A stretch of 64,000 bases of DNA from a virus, in IMG/VR virus record IMGVR_UViG_3300035670_010555, positions 64,001 to 128,000 of that record. The stretch is one strand, 5' to 3'. The notes beneath the pieces are model-generated. The model saw only the letters and a list, made by a program, of their open reading frames with translations, had not been told where the DNA came from and did no database searches. Both the position numbers and the translations under genes were made by a program. Positions 9,101 through 20,198 of the stretch are shown in pieces (position 1 is the first letter of the stretch; every line of letters begins with the position of its first letter).

Positions 9101-9724
9101 ATGGACCAATTAATGCAAAAACTTATGATATCTAAAGCCATTATGGATAAGACTGATGGTATCAAAAGAACTGATAGTAGAGAGATGAATTCTCCATCAA
9201 ATATGGTGGAAACATTTAATATGCCACAAGCAAAATACAATATACCTCAAGAATTCTTACAGGAACAACCACAGATACAACAAATGAATCAGCCTTATTT
9301 GTCATCATTACCTGTAGAAAATACAAAACCTGTTGGTGTCCCAACCATAGATGCAATTAAGAACTCAAGACTACCTGACGAGATTAAGAAACTAATGATG
9401 GAACACCCTATCTCACAACCACAACAATCAGTTGCAACTTTATCAAATGATTTAGTTGAAAGAGCGTCAAGATTGATGAAAGAAAACCCAAGTGGATATG
9501 TTCCAGAATCTGCAAAGCCGAAACAACAAACTCAGACATCACAACCAACAGGAAATATCGACTACAAAGTTTTACAAAAAATGATTAATGAAGCAGTTAA
9601 TAATGCGTTAAAAGAGAATGGATTGTTAATGGAATCATCAGAAAAAACTAACGAACTTTTTAGTTTCAAAGTTGGTAAACATATATTTGAAGGTAAGGTA
9701 ACCAAGATTAAAAAGTTATCCTAA
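9101..9724 (+). CDS. Hypothetical Gln/Pro-rich protein
   Basis: ORF in operon. Confidence 0.6.
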   Translation: MDQLMQKLMISKAIMDKTDGIKRTDSREMNSPSNMVETFNMPQAKYNIPQEFLQEQPQIQQMNQPYLSSLPVENTKPVGVPTIDAIKNSRLPDEIKKLMMEHPISQPQQSVATLSNDLVERASRLMKENPSGYVPESAKPKQQTQTSQPTGNIDYKVLQKMINEAVNNALKENGLLMESSEKTNELFSFKVGKHIFEGKVTKIKKLS

Positions 9725-9777
9725 CCACTTTTCTTATTTGACATAAAAACTTATACTTTCAGGTATATTCTAAATTT

Positions 9778-10998
9778 ATGTCAAAAATCAAAGTTTTAGT
9801 TGTTCCTTCTGACCGTTCAGGTGTTGGTAAATTCCGTTCGGTCGATCCACACATTTTTCTTCAAAATCAATATCCAGATGAGTTTCACGTAGACATTATT
9901 TATGAACCTCCATACGAGGATGTAAATTTTTGGACACAATACCAAATAGTAGCATATCACAGAAGTATTGGTCAAGATTTTGAAAAGGCAAATAGATTAA
10001 TTCAAATGTTAAACTCTTTAGGAGTTGTTACTGTTTGTGATATTGATGACTATTGGATGCCGGGTAAAGAACATCCAATTCACGATATTATTCGAGTTAA
10101 TAAAATTAATGAAAAGATTGTCGCTAATCTAAAAGTTTCTAAGTTTGTGACTACGACAACTGAAATATTTGCTGATGAAATTCGTAAGTACAATAAAAAC
10201 GTTATCGTTTTTCCAAATGCAATTAATCCTAATGAAGCTCAGTTCAAAGAAAAAACTGAAGAATCAGATAAGGTACGTGTTGGTTGGCTTGGTGGGTCTT
10301 CTCACTTACACGATATCCAACTTTTAGACTCAGGATTTTCCAAGATATTACCCCTCAAAGATAAGGTACAGTATGTATTGTGTGGATTCGACACTAGAGG
10401 AACTGTGACTGAAATCAACGCTCAAACAGGTGAACAAAATAAAAGAAATATTTTACCGGCAGAAACTGTATGGGCTCAATATGAAAAAATATTCACACAA
10501 AACTATAAGATAGTATCAGAAGGATATAAAAACCATCTTCTTAAATACAATCAAGAAGAATACCGTGGGGATAATGATGAATCATACCTTCGAGTTTGGA
10601 CAAAACCTGTAACAGGATATGCCAAAAACTATTCCAAGTTCGATGTATCTTTAGCTCCAATCAAAAACACAATGTTTAATAGAATGAAGTCTCAACTTAA
10701 AGTTATTGAAGCAGGGTTCTATAAAAAAGCAATTATAGCTTCTAATATTGGACCTTATACTATCGACCTAAAACATTGTATGGAAAATGGTAATTTTGTA
10801 GATGGAAATGCTATCTTGATTAATGAAGCTAGAAATCATGCCGATTGGGCAAAATTCATTGAAAAATTGGTGAAGAATCCAAATCTTGTCAAAGATATGG
10901 GTGAAAGGTTATATGAAACCGTTAAAGACAAGTATGACTTGAACAATGTAACTAATGATAGAAAACAATTTTATATCGATATCGCAAACAAATCATGA
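9778..10998 (+). CDS. GT-B (GT4-like) glycosyltransferase
   Basis: DIDDYW, RVGWLGGSSH, DVSLAP...FNRMKSQLKVIEAG, IIASNIGPY. Confidence 0.8.
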   Translation: MSKIKVLVVPSDRSGVGKFRSVDPHIFLQNQYPDEFHVDIIYEPPYEDVNFWTQYQIVAYHRSIGQDFEKANRLIQMLNSLGVVTVCDIDDYWMPGKEHPIHDIIRVNKINEKIVANLKVSKFVTTTTEIFADEIRKYNKNVIVFPNAINPNEAQFKEKTEESDKVRVGWLGGSSHLHDIQLLDSGFSKILPLKDKVQYVLCGFDTRGTVTEINAQTGEQNKRNILPAETVWAQYEKIFTQNYKIVSEGYKNHLLKYNQEEYRGDNDESYLRVWTKPVTGYAKNYSKFDVSLAPIKNTMFNRMKSQLKVIEAGFYKKAIIASNIGPYTIDLKHCMENGNFVDGNAILINEARNHADWAKFIEKLVKNPNLVKDMGERLYETVKDKYDLNNVTNDRKQFYIDIANKS

Positions 10999-11696
10999 TT
11001 AACATTCCAATCACCAAACTTTTATTTATAGACATAGAAACTGTAGGAGTTCATCCTGATTTTGAAACATTAGAATCTGTGAATCCCGAGTTGTCTTTTC
11101 AATTCAAAAATTATTTTGATTGGTTTCAAAAAAGATTTCCTGAAGATGCAGATAAAGGTCATTCTCAGATGTTTGTCAATCGTTCGGCATTAGTACCCGA
11201 ATTTGCCAAAATCGCATGTGTAAGTGTTGCATTTGTTCTTGAAAGTGGTGAAGTCAAAGTACAATCATTTAGTAACAAAAATGAGAAAGATTTGTTACAA
11301 GATGTTCAAAAACTTTTACGTAGAGTCGGAGAGTTAGGATTTTTTCTTTGTGGTCACAATGTTAAAGGATTTGACATTCCTATGCTTGCAAAAAGAATGA
11401 TTATGAACGGTCTTCTACCACCAAAAATATTACCAGGTCATGACACTAAGCCATGGGAAATTAAGGCATTAGACACAAAAGAACTTTGGCAATATGGTGG
11501 TTATGGGTCTATCGCATCTCTTGAATTGATGTGTGTTTGTATGGGGGTAGAATCTTCCAAAAATATGGAAGTTACTGGAAATAAAGTACACGAGGCGTAT
11601 TGGGTAAATGACGATATTAAAGGTATTGTAGAATACTGTGAAAAAGACGTGTTAGTATTAATTGATGTTATAAAAAAAATTACAAATTTAGTATAA
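10995..11696 (+). CDS. PolB-like 3'-5' exonuclease (DEDD)
   Basis: FIDIETV, GHNVKGFDIP, YCEKDV motifs. Confidence 0.85.
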   Translation: MINIPITKLLFIDIETVGVHPDFETLESVNPELSFQFKNYFDWFQKRFPEDADKGHSQMFVNRSALVPEFAKIACVSVAFVLESGEVKVQSFSNKNEKDLLQDVQKLLRRVGELGFFLCGHNVKGFDIPMLAKRMIMNGLLPPKILPGHDTKPWEIKALDTKELWQYGGYGSIASLELMCVCMGVESSKNMEVTGNKVHEAYWVNDDIKGIVEYCEKDVLVLIDVIKKITNLV

Positions 11697-12313
11697 TGGA
11701 AAACTCAAACATAAATCTGAACCAAGATATTTGGAAACAAATACAAGAAACATTTGACCAAATAAAACAAGATGCGGGTGTTGAACCTGAAGAAGATTAC
11801 ATGAAAGAATTGGAAAGTCTTTTGGGAATGTCTGTTGATGAATTGAATGAAAGTCACATGACCATGATGAAGACTAGATCATTAGGAGTTGAGTTAGTTC
11901 ATGAAGATGCAAAAGTCCCATCTTATGCTTACCCATCAGATTCAGGGTTTGATTTACGTTCAACTGTGGAAATAATCATACCACCATTTGGTAGAGCTTT
12001 AATACCTACAGGTATTAAATTGTCAATTCCTGAAGAGTATGAAATTCAAATTCGACCCAAGAGTGGACTGGCATTAAATCAAGGGCTTACCGTATTAAAT
12101 ACTCCTGGAACCGTTGACTCGGGATATGTGGGAGAGATTAAAGTTATTGTCTTTAATACTAATAACGCATCCGTTACAGTGTCCAAAGGAATTAAAATTG
12201 CTCAAGCGGTTTTATCTCCAGTAATGTGTGGAAAATATGTTTCCATAGAACTAATGGATAAAGTTGGGAATAAAGATAGAATGGATAATGGATTTGGAAG
12301 CACTGGACTATGA
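11696..12313 (+). CDS. dut: Trimeric dUTPase with acidic N-terminal extension
   Basis: SGFDL, RPKSGLA, GTVDSGYVGE, IAQ, GFGSTG motifs. Confidence 0.9.
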   Translation: MENSNINLNQDIWKQIQETFDQIKQDAGVEPEEDYMKELESLLGMSVDELNESHMTMMKTRSLGVELVHEDAKVPSYAYPSDSGFDLRSTVEIIIPPFGRALIPTGIKLSIPEEYEIQIRPKSGLALNQGLTVLNTPGTVDSGYVGEIKVIVFNTNNASVTVSKGIKIAQAVLSPVMCGKYVSIELMDKVGNKDRMDNGFGSTGL

Positions 12314-13935
12314 TAACTGTAGGATATTCGACTAGAGAATCTAAACCTGAATTTATAGAGTATCTTAGAAAAAGTTCGGGGTTCAAAAAACTCGAAGTCA
12401 TTGAAAAAGTAAATGACGGTAAAAAGTCTCTTGCTCAAGTTTATAATGAAATACTATCTGAGTCAAAAACCGACATAGTTCTTCTTTGTCACGATGACAT
12501 TTATTTTGACACCCCCGCTTGGTACAGTAAACTCCTTAAACATTTCGAAAAAACTGATTTCGGGATTATAGGAATGGCTGGGACAACATCGATGCCTGCA
12601 GGTGGAATGTGGTGGGAAAATAGGAAAAGAATGGTTGGTATTGTTAATCATGAAAAGGATGGAAAAAAATGGGAATCAAAGTATGCGGATGCTGTTGGTA
12701 ATACGGTTCATGAAACGGTTATTGTAGATGGTTTATTTATTGCCGTACATAAAAAAAGAATTAAGAGGTCATTCAATGAAGAGTTTAATGGGTTTCACTT
12801 CTATGACATTCCATTCTGTTTCGAAAATCATTTGGAAGGTGTGAAAGTTGGCGTTATCACTAATATTAGAATGACTCACAAGTCAATTGGAGAAACTAAT
12901 GAACAATGGGAAGAGAACCGTAAAATCTTTGCGGAAAAGTACAAATCTTATCTACCACTTAAATTACCTATCGACTCAAACAAAAGACTTAAAGTTTTAA
13001 TCAGTTGTTTGTTCTTTAGAACATTCACAGGTTCAGAATTATATGTTTATGAGTTGGCTAAAAACTTAATGAAACAAAACTGCGATGTGACAGTAGTATC
13101 ACAAATTGGAGGTCCACTAACTGACTTGGCGAAAAAACAAGGTATCAAATGTGTTCCATTTGAGCAAGCACCAGGTTTCAAATTAGGTGACGGTAAATGG
13201 GGAGTTCAAACTGAGAATGGGATACAAACATCCCAACCGAATGTCATGTATCGTATAGGTCAAGTTAATTTTGATATTATTCATATGCAACATAAACCTG
13301 TTGCAGAAAGAATGATTCAGTTTTATCCTGAAATAGATAAGATATATTCAATACACTCTGAAGTGATAGAATTGGAAGACCCAATCAAACATGAATCGAT
13401 TAAGAAATACATCGCTATCAGACCTGAAATAAAAGAACATATTGTTGATAAGTTTGAAATCGACGAAAATATGGTTGAAGTAATATATAATCCTGTAGAT
13501 AAAGAAAAATTCAAATCCAAATCAGTAAAGGAAGAGAACTATGTGTTATTTGTTGGAACAATAGATTATCTACGCAAAGAAACAATTATGGATTTAATTG
13601 ACTATACCGTAGATAATGGTAAAGAACTTTGGTTAGTCGGTGAAGACAAGTCAAACTATCTTCCACAAATATTAACCAATTCTCACGTTAAACATTTTCC
13701 TCCAACATGGAATGTTGAGTCATATGTTCAAAAATGTTCCGAAACTGCGGGTATTCAATTAGGCCGTACAACTATAGAAGGATGGATGTGCGGAAAACCA
13801 AGTTGGATTTACAAAGTTGATTCGGGAGGATTTATTCTTTCCAAAGAAAAGTTTAATCCTCCATCAGATATAGAAAAATATTATTCTGTAAATGTTGCAA
13901 CACAAATAATAGGAGAATATAAAAAAGTATTATAA
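12310..13935 (+). CDS. Bifunctional GT2-like + GT4-like glycosyltransferase
   Basis: N-half has CHDDI, VDGLF, FHFYD; C-half has TGSELY, IYNPVD, GRTTIEG. Confidence 0.8.
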   Translation: MITVGYSTRESKPEFIEYLRKSSGFKKLEVIEKVNDGKKSLAQVYNEILSESKTDIVLLCHDDIYFDTPAWYSKLLKHFEKTDFGIIGMAGTTSMPAGGMWWENRKRMVGIVNHEKDGKKWESKYADAVGNTVHETVIVDGLFIAVHKKRIKRSFNEEFNGFHFYDIPFCFENHLEGVKVGVITNIRMTHKSIGETNEQWEENRKIFAEKYKSYLPLKLPIDSNKRLKVLISCLFFRTFTGSELYVYELAKNLMKQNCDVTVVSQIGGPLTDLAKKQGIKCVPFEQAPGFKLGDGKWGVQTENGIQTSQPNVMYRIGQVNFDIIHMQHKPVAERMIQFYPEIDKIYSIHSEVIELEDPIKHESIKKYIAIRPEIKEHIVDKFEIDENMVEVIYNPVDKEKFKSKSVKEENYVLFVGTIDYLRKETIMDLIDYTVDNGKELWLVGEDKSNYLPQILTNSHVKHFPPTWNVESYVQKCSETAGIQLGRTTIEGWMCGKPSWIYKVDSGGFILSKEKFNPPSDIEKYYSVNVATQIIGEYKKVL

Positions 13936-15092
13936 TGAAAATAGGTATCATAGGAGCCGGAAGATTAGGTCTTTCATTTGCTCTTTTGTGTAAAAAGGCG
14001 GGATATGATGTAATTGTTTCAGATAAACGTGAAGACTATGTTTATAATTTGAATCAGAATATTTGTAAAACAAATGAACCATTGATTCAAAAAATGTTGT
14101 TTGAACTTAATAGTTTTAGCGCAACTACAAACAATGTTGAAATTATTGAAAATTCCGACATTATATTCACCTTTGTTTCAACTCCTTCCACTACTGAAGG
14201 GAATTATGATACTTCCGCAATCTTCGAAGTTGCAAACGATTTTTTTGAAGCATCCAAATTAGATATTTCAATCTTCAATAAAAAATTTGTTATTGGTAGT
14301 ACAACAAATCCTGGTGATGTTGAACAAATTCAAAATAAACTTTCTATGTTTAGCATTCAAGTATCTTATAACCCACAGACTGTTGAGGATGGGGAAATGA
14401 TTAAAGGAATTCAAGAATCAGATATAATTTTGATTGGGACCGAATATCAAGAGTTAGGAAATGAATTAGTTCAAATTTATAGTCAAATTCAAACTACTCC
14501 TGTCAATGCTCATATTATGTCTTCAAAAGCTGTTGAGATTACCAAACTCGGTATCAATAGTTTTATTACAAATAAAATGACTTTTGCAAATATGATGGGG
14601 GATATCTTAACAAAGTCAAATTTATTAAATGAAGTTGATTCTGTTTTGAATGCAATCGGAGGAGATAGTCGAATTGGAAAAAAACATATGAAATACGGGT
14701 TTGGATTCGGGGGGGAATATCTACCAAAAGACAATCGAACTTTAAGTCATTATGTTAATGAACTTGATTTGAAACAAAATCTACCTTTAACAGTTGACGA
14801 ATTTAATAATGAACATTCTAATTTTCTCAAAAACTTTTTCATTCAAAAAAATCCTGACAAAAGTATTCCATTTGTTATGAACTATCTAACACATAGAAAA
14901 GGAACGGATATTTTGGAAGAGTCACAACAATTAAAATTGTGTTTGGCTTTACTGGAAGAGGGATATTACTTAAATGTAATTGAGTCGGATTCTATCATAA
15001 AACAATTATTATATTTAGGAGAACAATTCGATGGAAAATTGAAATTTTATAAACAAGGGGCTTTTCCTGAAGGATATGTAATAAACTTATGA
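13935..15092 (+). CDS. UDP-glucose/GDP-mannose dehydrogenase family protein with degenerate active site
   Basis: GIIGAGRLG, FVSTP, GSTTNPG, DSRIG, GFGGEYLPKD (canonical GGxCxPKD). Confidence 0.8.
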   Translation: MKIGIIGAGRLGLSFALLCKKAGYDVIVSDKREDYVYNLNQNICKTNEPLIQKMLFELNSFSATTNNVEIIENSDIIFTFVSTPSTTEGNYDTSAIFEVANDFFEASKLDISIFNKKFVIGSTTNPGDVEQIQNKLSMFSIQVSYNPQTVEDGEMIKGIQESDIILIGTEYQELGNELVQIYSQIQTTPVNAHIMSSKAVEITKLGINSFITNKMTFANMMGDILTKSNLLNEVDSVLNAIGGDSRIGKKHMKYGFGFGGEYLPKDNRTLSHYVNELDLKQNLPLTVDEFNNEHSNFLKNFFIQKNPDKSIPFVMNYLTHRKGTDILEESQQLKLCLALLEEGYYLNVIESDSIIKQLLYLGEQFDGKLKFYKQGAFPEGYVINL

Positions 15093-15820
15093 TAATAAAT
15101 TTTGTTGTTTGCGTTTGGAATGCAGAAAAATATATTAAAAATTGTATTAGAACTTTGAAGTCTCAGCAAGATAAAGACTTCAAAGTTTTTATTATTGATG
15201 ACATGTCTACAGATAATACAGTAGAAATTACTAAATCACTTATTGAGGGTGATGAAAGATTTAATTTAATCATCAACACCGAAAAAAAATTTAAGCTAAA
15301 AAATTTAGATGAATTAATTCCAACATTTGATGATGACGATATTGTTATTGAATTAGATGGTGACGATTTTTTACTAAACACAGATGTCGTATCAGACATT
15401 AGGAGAATCTATTCAGATGGAAAAGTTTGGTTGACTAATGGTTCATTTATGTATTCAAGTGGTAATCAAGGATTCTCAACTAAATGCAATCCTGAAACTA
15501 TTCGAAAAGATGTTTTTACATTTTCCCACTTACGTACTTGGAAATCTTTTTTATGGAAATCAATTCCGAAAGACTATCTCAAAGATGATGATGGAGAATA
15601 TTTCAAATCCGCAGCAGATGTCGCATATACGTTTTCACTTTTAGAATTAGCGGGAGAAGAGAATTATAGATTTTTACCTAAACTATATTACGTTTATAAC
15701 GAACAATCGCCGTACAACGACCATAAACCAGGAAGTGCCACTGGTGGAGGACATCGAGAACAAGAAAGATGTTCAAACATAATACGTAATAAACCAAAAT
15801 TAAAAAAATTAATTAGATGA
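15089..15820 (+). CDS. GT2 glycosyltransferase
   Basis: NAEKYI..CI, IDDMSTD, LDGDD. Confidence 0.85.
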   Translation: MIINFVVCVWNAEKYIKNCIRTLKSQQDKDFKVFIIDDMSTDNTVEITKSLIEGDERFNLIINTEKKFKLKNLDELIPTFDDDDIVIELDGDDFLLNTDVVSDIRRIYSDGKVWLTNGSFMYSSGNQGFSTKCNPETIRKDVFTFSHLRTWKSFLWKSIPKDYLKDDDGEYFKSAADVAYTFSLLELAGEENYRFLPKLYYVYNEQSPYNDHKPGSATGGGHREQERCSNIIRNKPKLKKLIR

Positions 15821-16635
15821 GTAATTTAATTTCATGTAATTTGATGGGTGGATTGGGAAACCAACTTTTTCAAGCGGCGCACGCTGTCGCTCAAGGAATT
15901 ACACATAATCGGGACGTAGTTTTTGTTCCAAGGTCTTGGACTCCACTACAAGGAAGACAAACTGAAAACTACGTGAATAATATTTTTCGTAATCTTAAAT
16001 TTGTAGATAATATTGATGGGTTTGAAAGAATTGTGGAAGGACCTTGGGAATATAGTGAAGTTCCTGTTAAAGACGGTAATATTGTTTTTGACGGATATTT
16101 TCAAAGTTCGAAAAACTTCAGTCCCCATTTCGATAGAATTCGTAACATTTTTTCCCCCACGGATGAATTTATTTCAGAAATGTTGGAAAAATATCCCGAG
16201 CTAAAACAAGAAAATACAGTTTCACTTCACGTAAGAAAAGGAGATTTCTTAATGAATCCCGATATCCATCCGTCAATTGGCCTTTCATATGTGAAAAGAT
16301 GTTTTGAACTTTTAGGGGAAACAAATCACATATTTGTATTCAGTGACGATAAATCATGGGCGAAAGAAAACCTACAAATGGTTAACTCAACATTTGTGGA
16401 TGAGGAAGATTATAAAGAATTATGGTTAATGTCTTTGTGTAAAAATAACATTATCAGTAATTCATCATTTTCATGGTGGGGTAGTTTTTTGAATAAAAAT
16501 CCTGAAAAGAAAGTTTTTGCGCCTTCAATATGGTTCGGTCCTAGAGGTCCAAGAAATTTCGTGGATATATTCCAACCGGAGTGGACAGTAATAAATGTAG
16601 AATATAAAGACGGTAACTTAGAGTATGTGTCTTAA
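15817..16635 (+). CDS. GT11 alpha-1,2-fucosyltransferase-like protein
   Basis: GGLGNQLFQ, GYFQS, HVRKGD, FSDD, NSSFSWWG. Confidence 0.9.
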   Translation: MSNLISCNLMGGLGNQLFQAAHAVAQGITHNRDVVFVPRSWTPLQGRQTENYVNNIFRNLKFVDNIDGFERIVEGPWEYSEVPVKDGNIVFDGYFQSSKNFSPHFDRIRNIFSPTDEFISEMLEKYPELKQENTVSLHVRKGDFLMNPDIHPSIGLSYVKRCFELLGETNHIFVFSDDKSWAKENLQMVNSTFVDEEDYKELWLMSLCKNNIISNSSFSWWGSFLNKNPEKKVFAPSIWFGPRGPRNFVDIFQPEWTVINVEYKDGNLEYVS

Positions 16636-16650
16636 TCTTAGGAAAAAAGT

Positions 16651-17469
16651 ATGGTAAAAATTAACATGTTATCTAGAAACTTTGCACATGACAAAGGTTC
16701 TACCGCAAATAAAGCTCCACAAACAATCGAATGGTGTTTCAATAGTTACGACAATCCAATTTCAGTATATTTGGATAATGATTTATTCAAAGCAATACAA
16801 GACCACAAAAATGATGGTGGGTCTAAGAAAAAATTTCTTTGGATTATAGAATCTCGTAAATTTGATGGAGGTGCTATCGATAGTATTAAAAATAACTTGG
16901 ACGATGTATTAAATACATTTGAACAAATTTGGACTCATAACGATGAGTTATTATCCCTAAACCCAAAATTCAAATGGACACCAGCTTACGGGAGTTACAT
17001 TAAAGACTTCGGAATTCATCCTAAAACTAAGATGGCGTCAATGATTACTTCAGACAAAAGATGGACTCGTCAGCATGAAGTCCGTCATGATTTTGCAATG
17101 CAAAACAAAGATAAAATCGATGTATATGGTAGAGGTATTAATGAAATCCCGAATAAGGAAATTGGATTAAAGGATTATCGTTTCTCATTTGCAGTAGAAA
17201 ATGATACGTACGACACCTACTTCACTGAAAAAATACTTGATTGTTTTGCCACAGGCACTATACCTATTTACATGGGGACTAAAAAAGTTGTGGACTATTT
17301 TAATACCGATGGAATAATCTTTTTTGAGGGTACATTTGACATTTCACAACTTACAGAAGAACTTTATTTGTCAAAAATTGACGCAGTAAAAGATAACTTT
17401 GAAAGAGTACAAAAATATAGTGTTCTTGACGATTGGATTTTTGAAAATTATTTAACTCACTATGTCTAA
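16651..17469 (+). CDS. GT10 alpha-1,3-fucosyltransferase-like protein
   Basis: YRFSFAVEN...YFTEKI.DCF..GTIPIYMG. Confidence 0.8.
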   Translation: MVKINMLSRNFAHDKGSTANKAPQTIEWCFNSYDNPISVYLDNDLFKAIQDHKNDGGSKKKFLWIIESRKFDGGAIDSIKNNLDDVLNTFEQIWTHNDELLSLNPKFKWTPAYGSYIKDFGIHPKTKMASMITSDKRWTRQHEVRHDFAMQNKDKIDVYGRGINEIPNKEIGLKDYRFSFAVENDTYDTYFTEKILDCFATGTIPIYMGTKKVVDYFNTDGIIFFEGTFDISQLTEELYLSKIDAVKDNFERVQKYSVLDDWIFENYLTHYV

Positions 17470-18172
17470 AACTTGTCTTATAAATCAACCTGCAGGAATT
17501 GGAGATGTTCTTTTTCTTCAAAAGTTTGTTGATTTGAAATTATCTGAAGGATTTGAAGTTATATTCCCCGTTAATCCAAACTTAGTTTTTCTTAACGATT
17601 ATATCAGAAAACCGAAATTAAAATTTGTATCAACTGATAGTGAGTTTGTGTATAAAGGACACTTTCACAATAGTCAAATAATTAAAACACCTGATTTTGA
17701 ATTTTACCCATTTAATATTGCGGATAGATTTATTAACGGATCTTGTATGGAAGCTAAATATTCTTTTGCAGGTTTAGATTATCAAAATTGGCAAGACCAT
17801 TTGACGTGGGAAAGAAACACCGAAAAAGAGAATTATATATTCTATGAGGTTTGCAAATTAAAAGATGGTGATAAATATTCTGTTGTATCAAACACATGGG
17901 GGACATTACCACATTCATCCAAGAGAGACATTCAGACAAACCATAATTACCCAACAATATACGTACAATCAATAGATGGATACACTATATTTGATTGGGT
18001 AAAAGTGTTAGAAAATGCAACTGAAATTTATATGATTGACACATCATTCAATTATCTTATCGAGAAGTTAGATTTGAAAGCAGAAAACTTATATTTGTTT
18101 TCTAGATTTACTCCACCTAATTTTTCACATATTATTAATCTATTCAAAAAAAATTGGATTTTACAAAAATAA
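17462..18172 (+). CDS. Putative glycosyltransferase (GT-B-like)
   Basis: QPAGIGDV and IDTSF motifs; context. Confidence 0.5.
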   Translation: MSKTCLINQPAGIGDVLFLQKFVDLKLSEGFEVIFPVNPNLVFLNDYIRKPKLKFVSTDSEFVYKGHFHNSQIIKTPDFEFYPFNIADRFINGSCMEAKYSFAGLDYQNWQDHLTWERNTEKENYIFYEVCKLKDGDKYSVVSNTWGTLPHSSKRDIQTNHNYPTIYVQSIDGYTIFDWVKVLENATEIYMIDTSFNYLIEKLDLKAENLYLFSRFTPPNFSHIINLFKKNWILQK

Positions 18173-18173
18173 A

Positions 18174-19157
18174 ATGAAAAAAAAGTTTTTAATCACAGGA
18201 ATCACGGGTTTTGCAGGTCCTAATTTGGCAAAACTATTATTAAAGGAAGGGCATGAAGTACATGGTGTTATTCGTTGTCCCAACGGTAGACAAACAGATC
18301 TTTTGGACATTTTGACGATGGAAGAATTAGATTCCATAGTTTTTCACAATTTGGATTTAAGAATGTTCAGTAGTGTACAAAGATTGTTTTCGAATAACCA
18401 ATTCAATGGTGTGTTTCATTTGGCTGCACAGTCACATCCACCAACAAGTTTTTTAGACCCAATACTAACGTTCGAAGAAAACGTTTCGGCAAGTATGAAC
18501 ATAATTACATGTTTGGAAAAGACCGAAACCAAATTGATGTTTTGTTCAACATCTGAGGTGTATGGTGATACTTGCAAAGATAGAGGTATTTTGAAGGTTA
18601 CGGACCCACTCACTCCACACAATCCTTACGCAGCATCAAAAGCTGCAATAGATTTATATCTTCAAGAAAGATTTAAGAATGGCTTTGTCAAAGGATTTAT
18701 CACAAGAGCATTTTCACATACTGGTCCTAGAAGAGGGTTTAATTTTTCAATATCCTCAGATGCATATCAAATCGCTAAGATGGTTTTAGGGAAACAAGAA
18801 AAGGTCCTTAGAATCGGAAATCTCAATACTGAGAGAGTTGTTATAGACGTTAGAGATTGTGTAAACGCTTATTATAAGCTAATGATGACTGAAAAATCCA
18901 ATGGAAAAGTTTTTAATATTTGCGGAAAAGATGTTTGTAAAATGCAATATTTTACTGACAAACTAATTGAATCTTCAGGTATCCCGTATGATGAAATCGA
19001 ACAACGGATTGATGAAAAGTTATACCGACCTATTGACATTCAAGTCCAAATTGGTGATTCAACTGAAGTTACAGATATTACAGATTGGAAAATAGAATAT
19101 ACCATAGAACAAACTATGAGTGATTTATTAAATTATTGGATAAACAAATTAAAGTAA
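18174..19157 (+). CDS. GDP-mannose 4,6-dehydratase / GDP-6-deoxy-mannose reductase family SDR
   Basis: LITGITGFAG, HLAAQSH, STSEVYG, PYAASK, HTGPRRG. Confidence 0.85.
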   Translation: MKKKFLITGITGFAGPNLAKLLLKEGHEVHGVIRCPNGRQTDLLDILTMEELDSIVFHNLDLRMFSSVQRLFSNNQFNGVFHLAAQSHPPTSFLDPILTFEENVSASMNIITCLEKTETKLMFCSTSEVYGDTCKDRGILKVTDPLTPHNPYAASKAAIDLYLQERFKNGFVKGFITRAFSHTGPRRGFNFSISSDAYQIAKMVLGKQEKVLRIGNLNTERVVIDVRDCVNAYYKLMMTEKSNGKVFNICGKDVCKMQYFTDKLIESSGIPYDEIEQRIDEKLYRPIDIQVQIGDSTEVTDITDWKIEYTIEQTMSDLLNYWINKLK

Positions 19158-19158
19158 T

Positions 19159-19542
19159 ATGACACTCATTCCGGTTAGTACAGGTGAATTGATAGACAAA
19201 CTTTCAATACTTTACGTAAAAAAAAATAAAATAACTAACGAGGAAAAATTAGTACTTATAAATAAAGAATTTGAATTACTCTATAATTTATCCTCAGGTT
19301 ATTTGGATTCGAAAGATATCGAAACTTTATATCATCAATTATGTGATATAAATGAAAAACTTTGGAATGTTGAAGATGAATTAAGAATATTAGAAACTAA
19401 AAAATCTTTTAATGATGATTTTGTTGAACTTGCAAGAAAAGTATACTTTACCAACGATGAAAGATTTAGATTAAAAAATAAAATAAACCTTATCACGGAT
19501 TCTGAAATACGTGAAGTAAAAGAATATGTAAAATATCAATAA
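19159..19542 (+). CDS. DUF6165-like protein
   Basis: PVSTGELIDKLSIL...LWNVED...FVELARKVY..ND.R...K..IN. Confidence 0.75.
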   Translation: MTLIPVSTGELIDKLSILYVKKNKITNEEKLVLINKEFELLYNLSSGYLDSKDIETLYHQLCDINEKLWNVEDELRILETKKSFNDDFVELARKVYFTNDERFRLKNKINLITDSEIREVKEYVKYQ

Positions 19543-20198
19543 TGAGTTTATTTGGAGCATTTTGGGATAAAGACCCTAATCCTGTTGGTCAAAGTCAATT
19601 CGGTAATAATAAAGGTTTATTTTTTAATCTTAATTGGTATCCAAAAGGGGTATTACACATCGGAGCATGGGATGCTTGGGAAGCAAAACAATACTCACAT
19701 TATTGTGGACCAAATTCAATATTTTTAGAAGCTAATCCAAAATCATATCAAAGGTTCAAAAATGAAATTGAACAATTTGGTCAAAAGATTTTTAATCTTG
19801 CGGCTTGGAATGAGGATGATTTAGAAATGAGCCTTTATTGTCCCCGAAGTAGAGAGGACTCCAGTTCTCTGATTCCACAAGACGGTGATATACTGAAAAC
19901 AAAGACAATAACAATAAAGACATTGTTTGAACGAGAAAATCTAAACTTTTCTGATTATGACTTGTTAAATATTGATACAGAAGGAGCGGAACTCCAAGTT
20001 TTGGAAGGAATCGGTGATAATCTTAAAATGTTCGAATATATTATAATTGAAGTTACTGACTTGGGGTCTGATTTCGACATTAAAGTAAATGATGTTATTT
20101 TATCGAAAGGGTTTACTCACGTCCGAGATAGTGACCATCACAGGAGTTCGATGAATGGAAAAATGTTTTGTGATAAATTGTATAAACGAAATTCATGA
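19542..20198 (+). CDS. FkbM-family methyltransferase
   Basis: LHIGA, EANP, NIDTEGAELQVLEG. Confidence 0.85.
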   Translation: MSLFGAFWDKDPNPVGQSQFGNNKGLFFNLNWYPKGVLHIGAWDAWEAKQYSHYCGPNSIFLEANPKSYQRFKNEIEQFGQKIFNLAAWNEDDLEMSLYCPRSREDSSSLIPQDGDILKTKTITIKTLFERENLNFSDYDLLNIDTEGAELQVLEGIGDNLKMFEYIIIEVTDLGSDFDIKVNDVILSKGFTHVRDSDHHRSSMNGKMFCDKLYKRNS

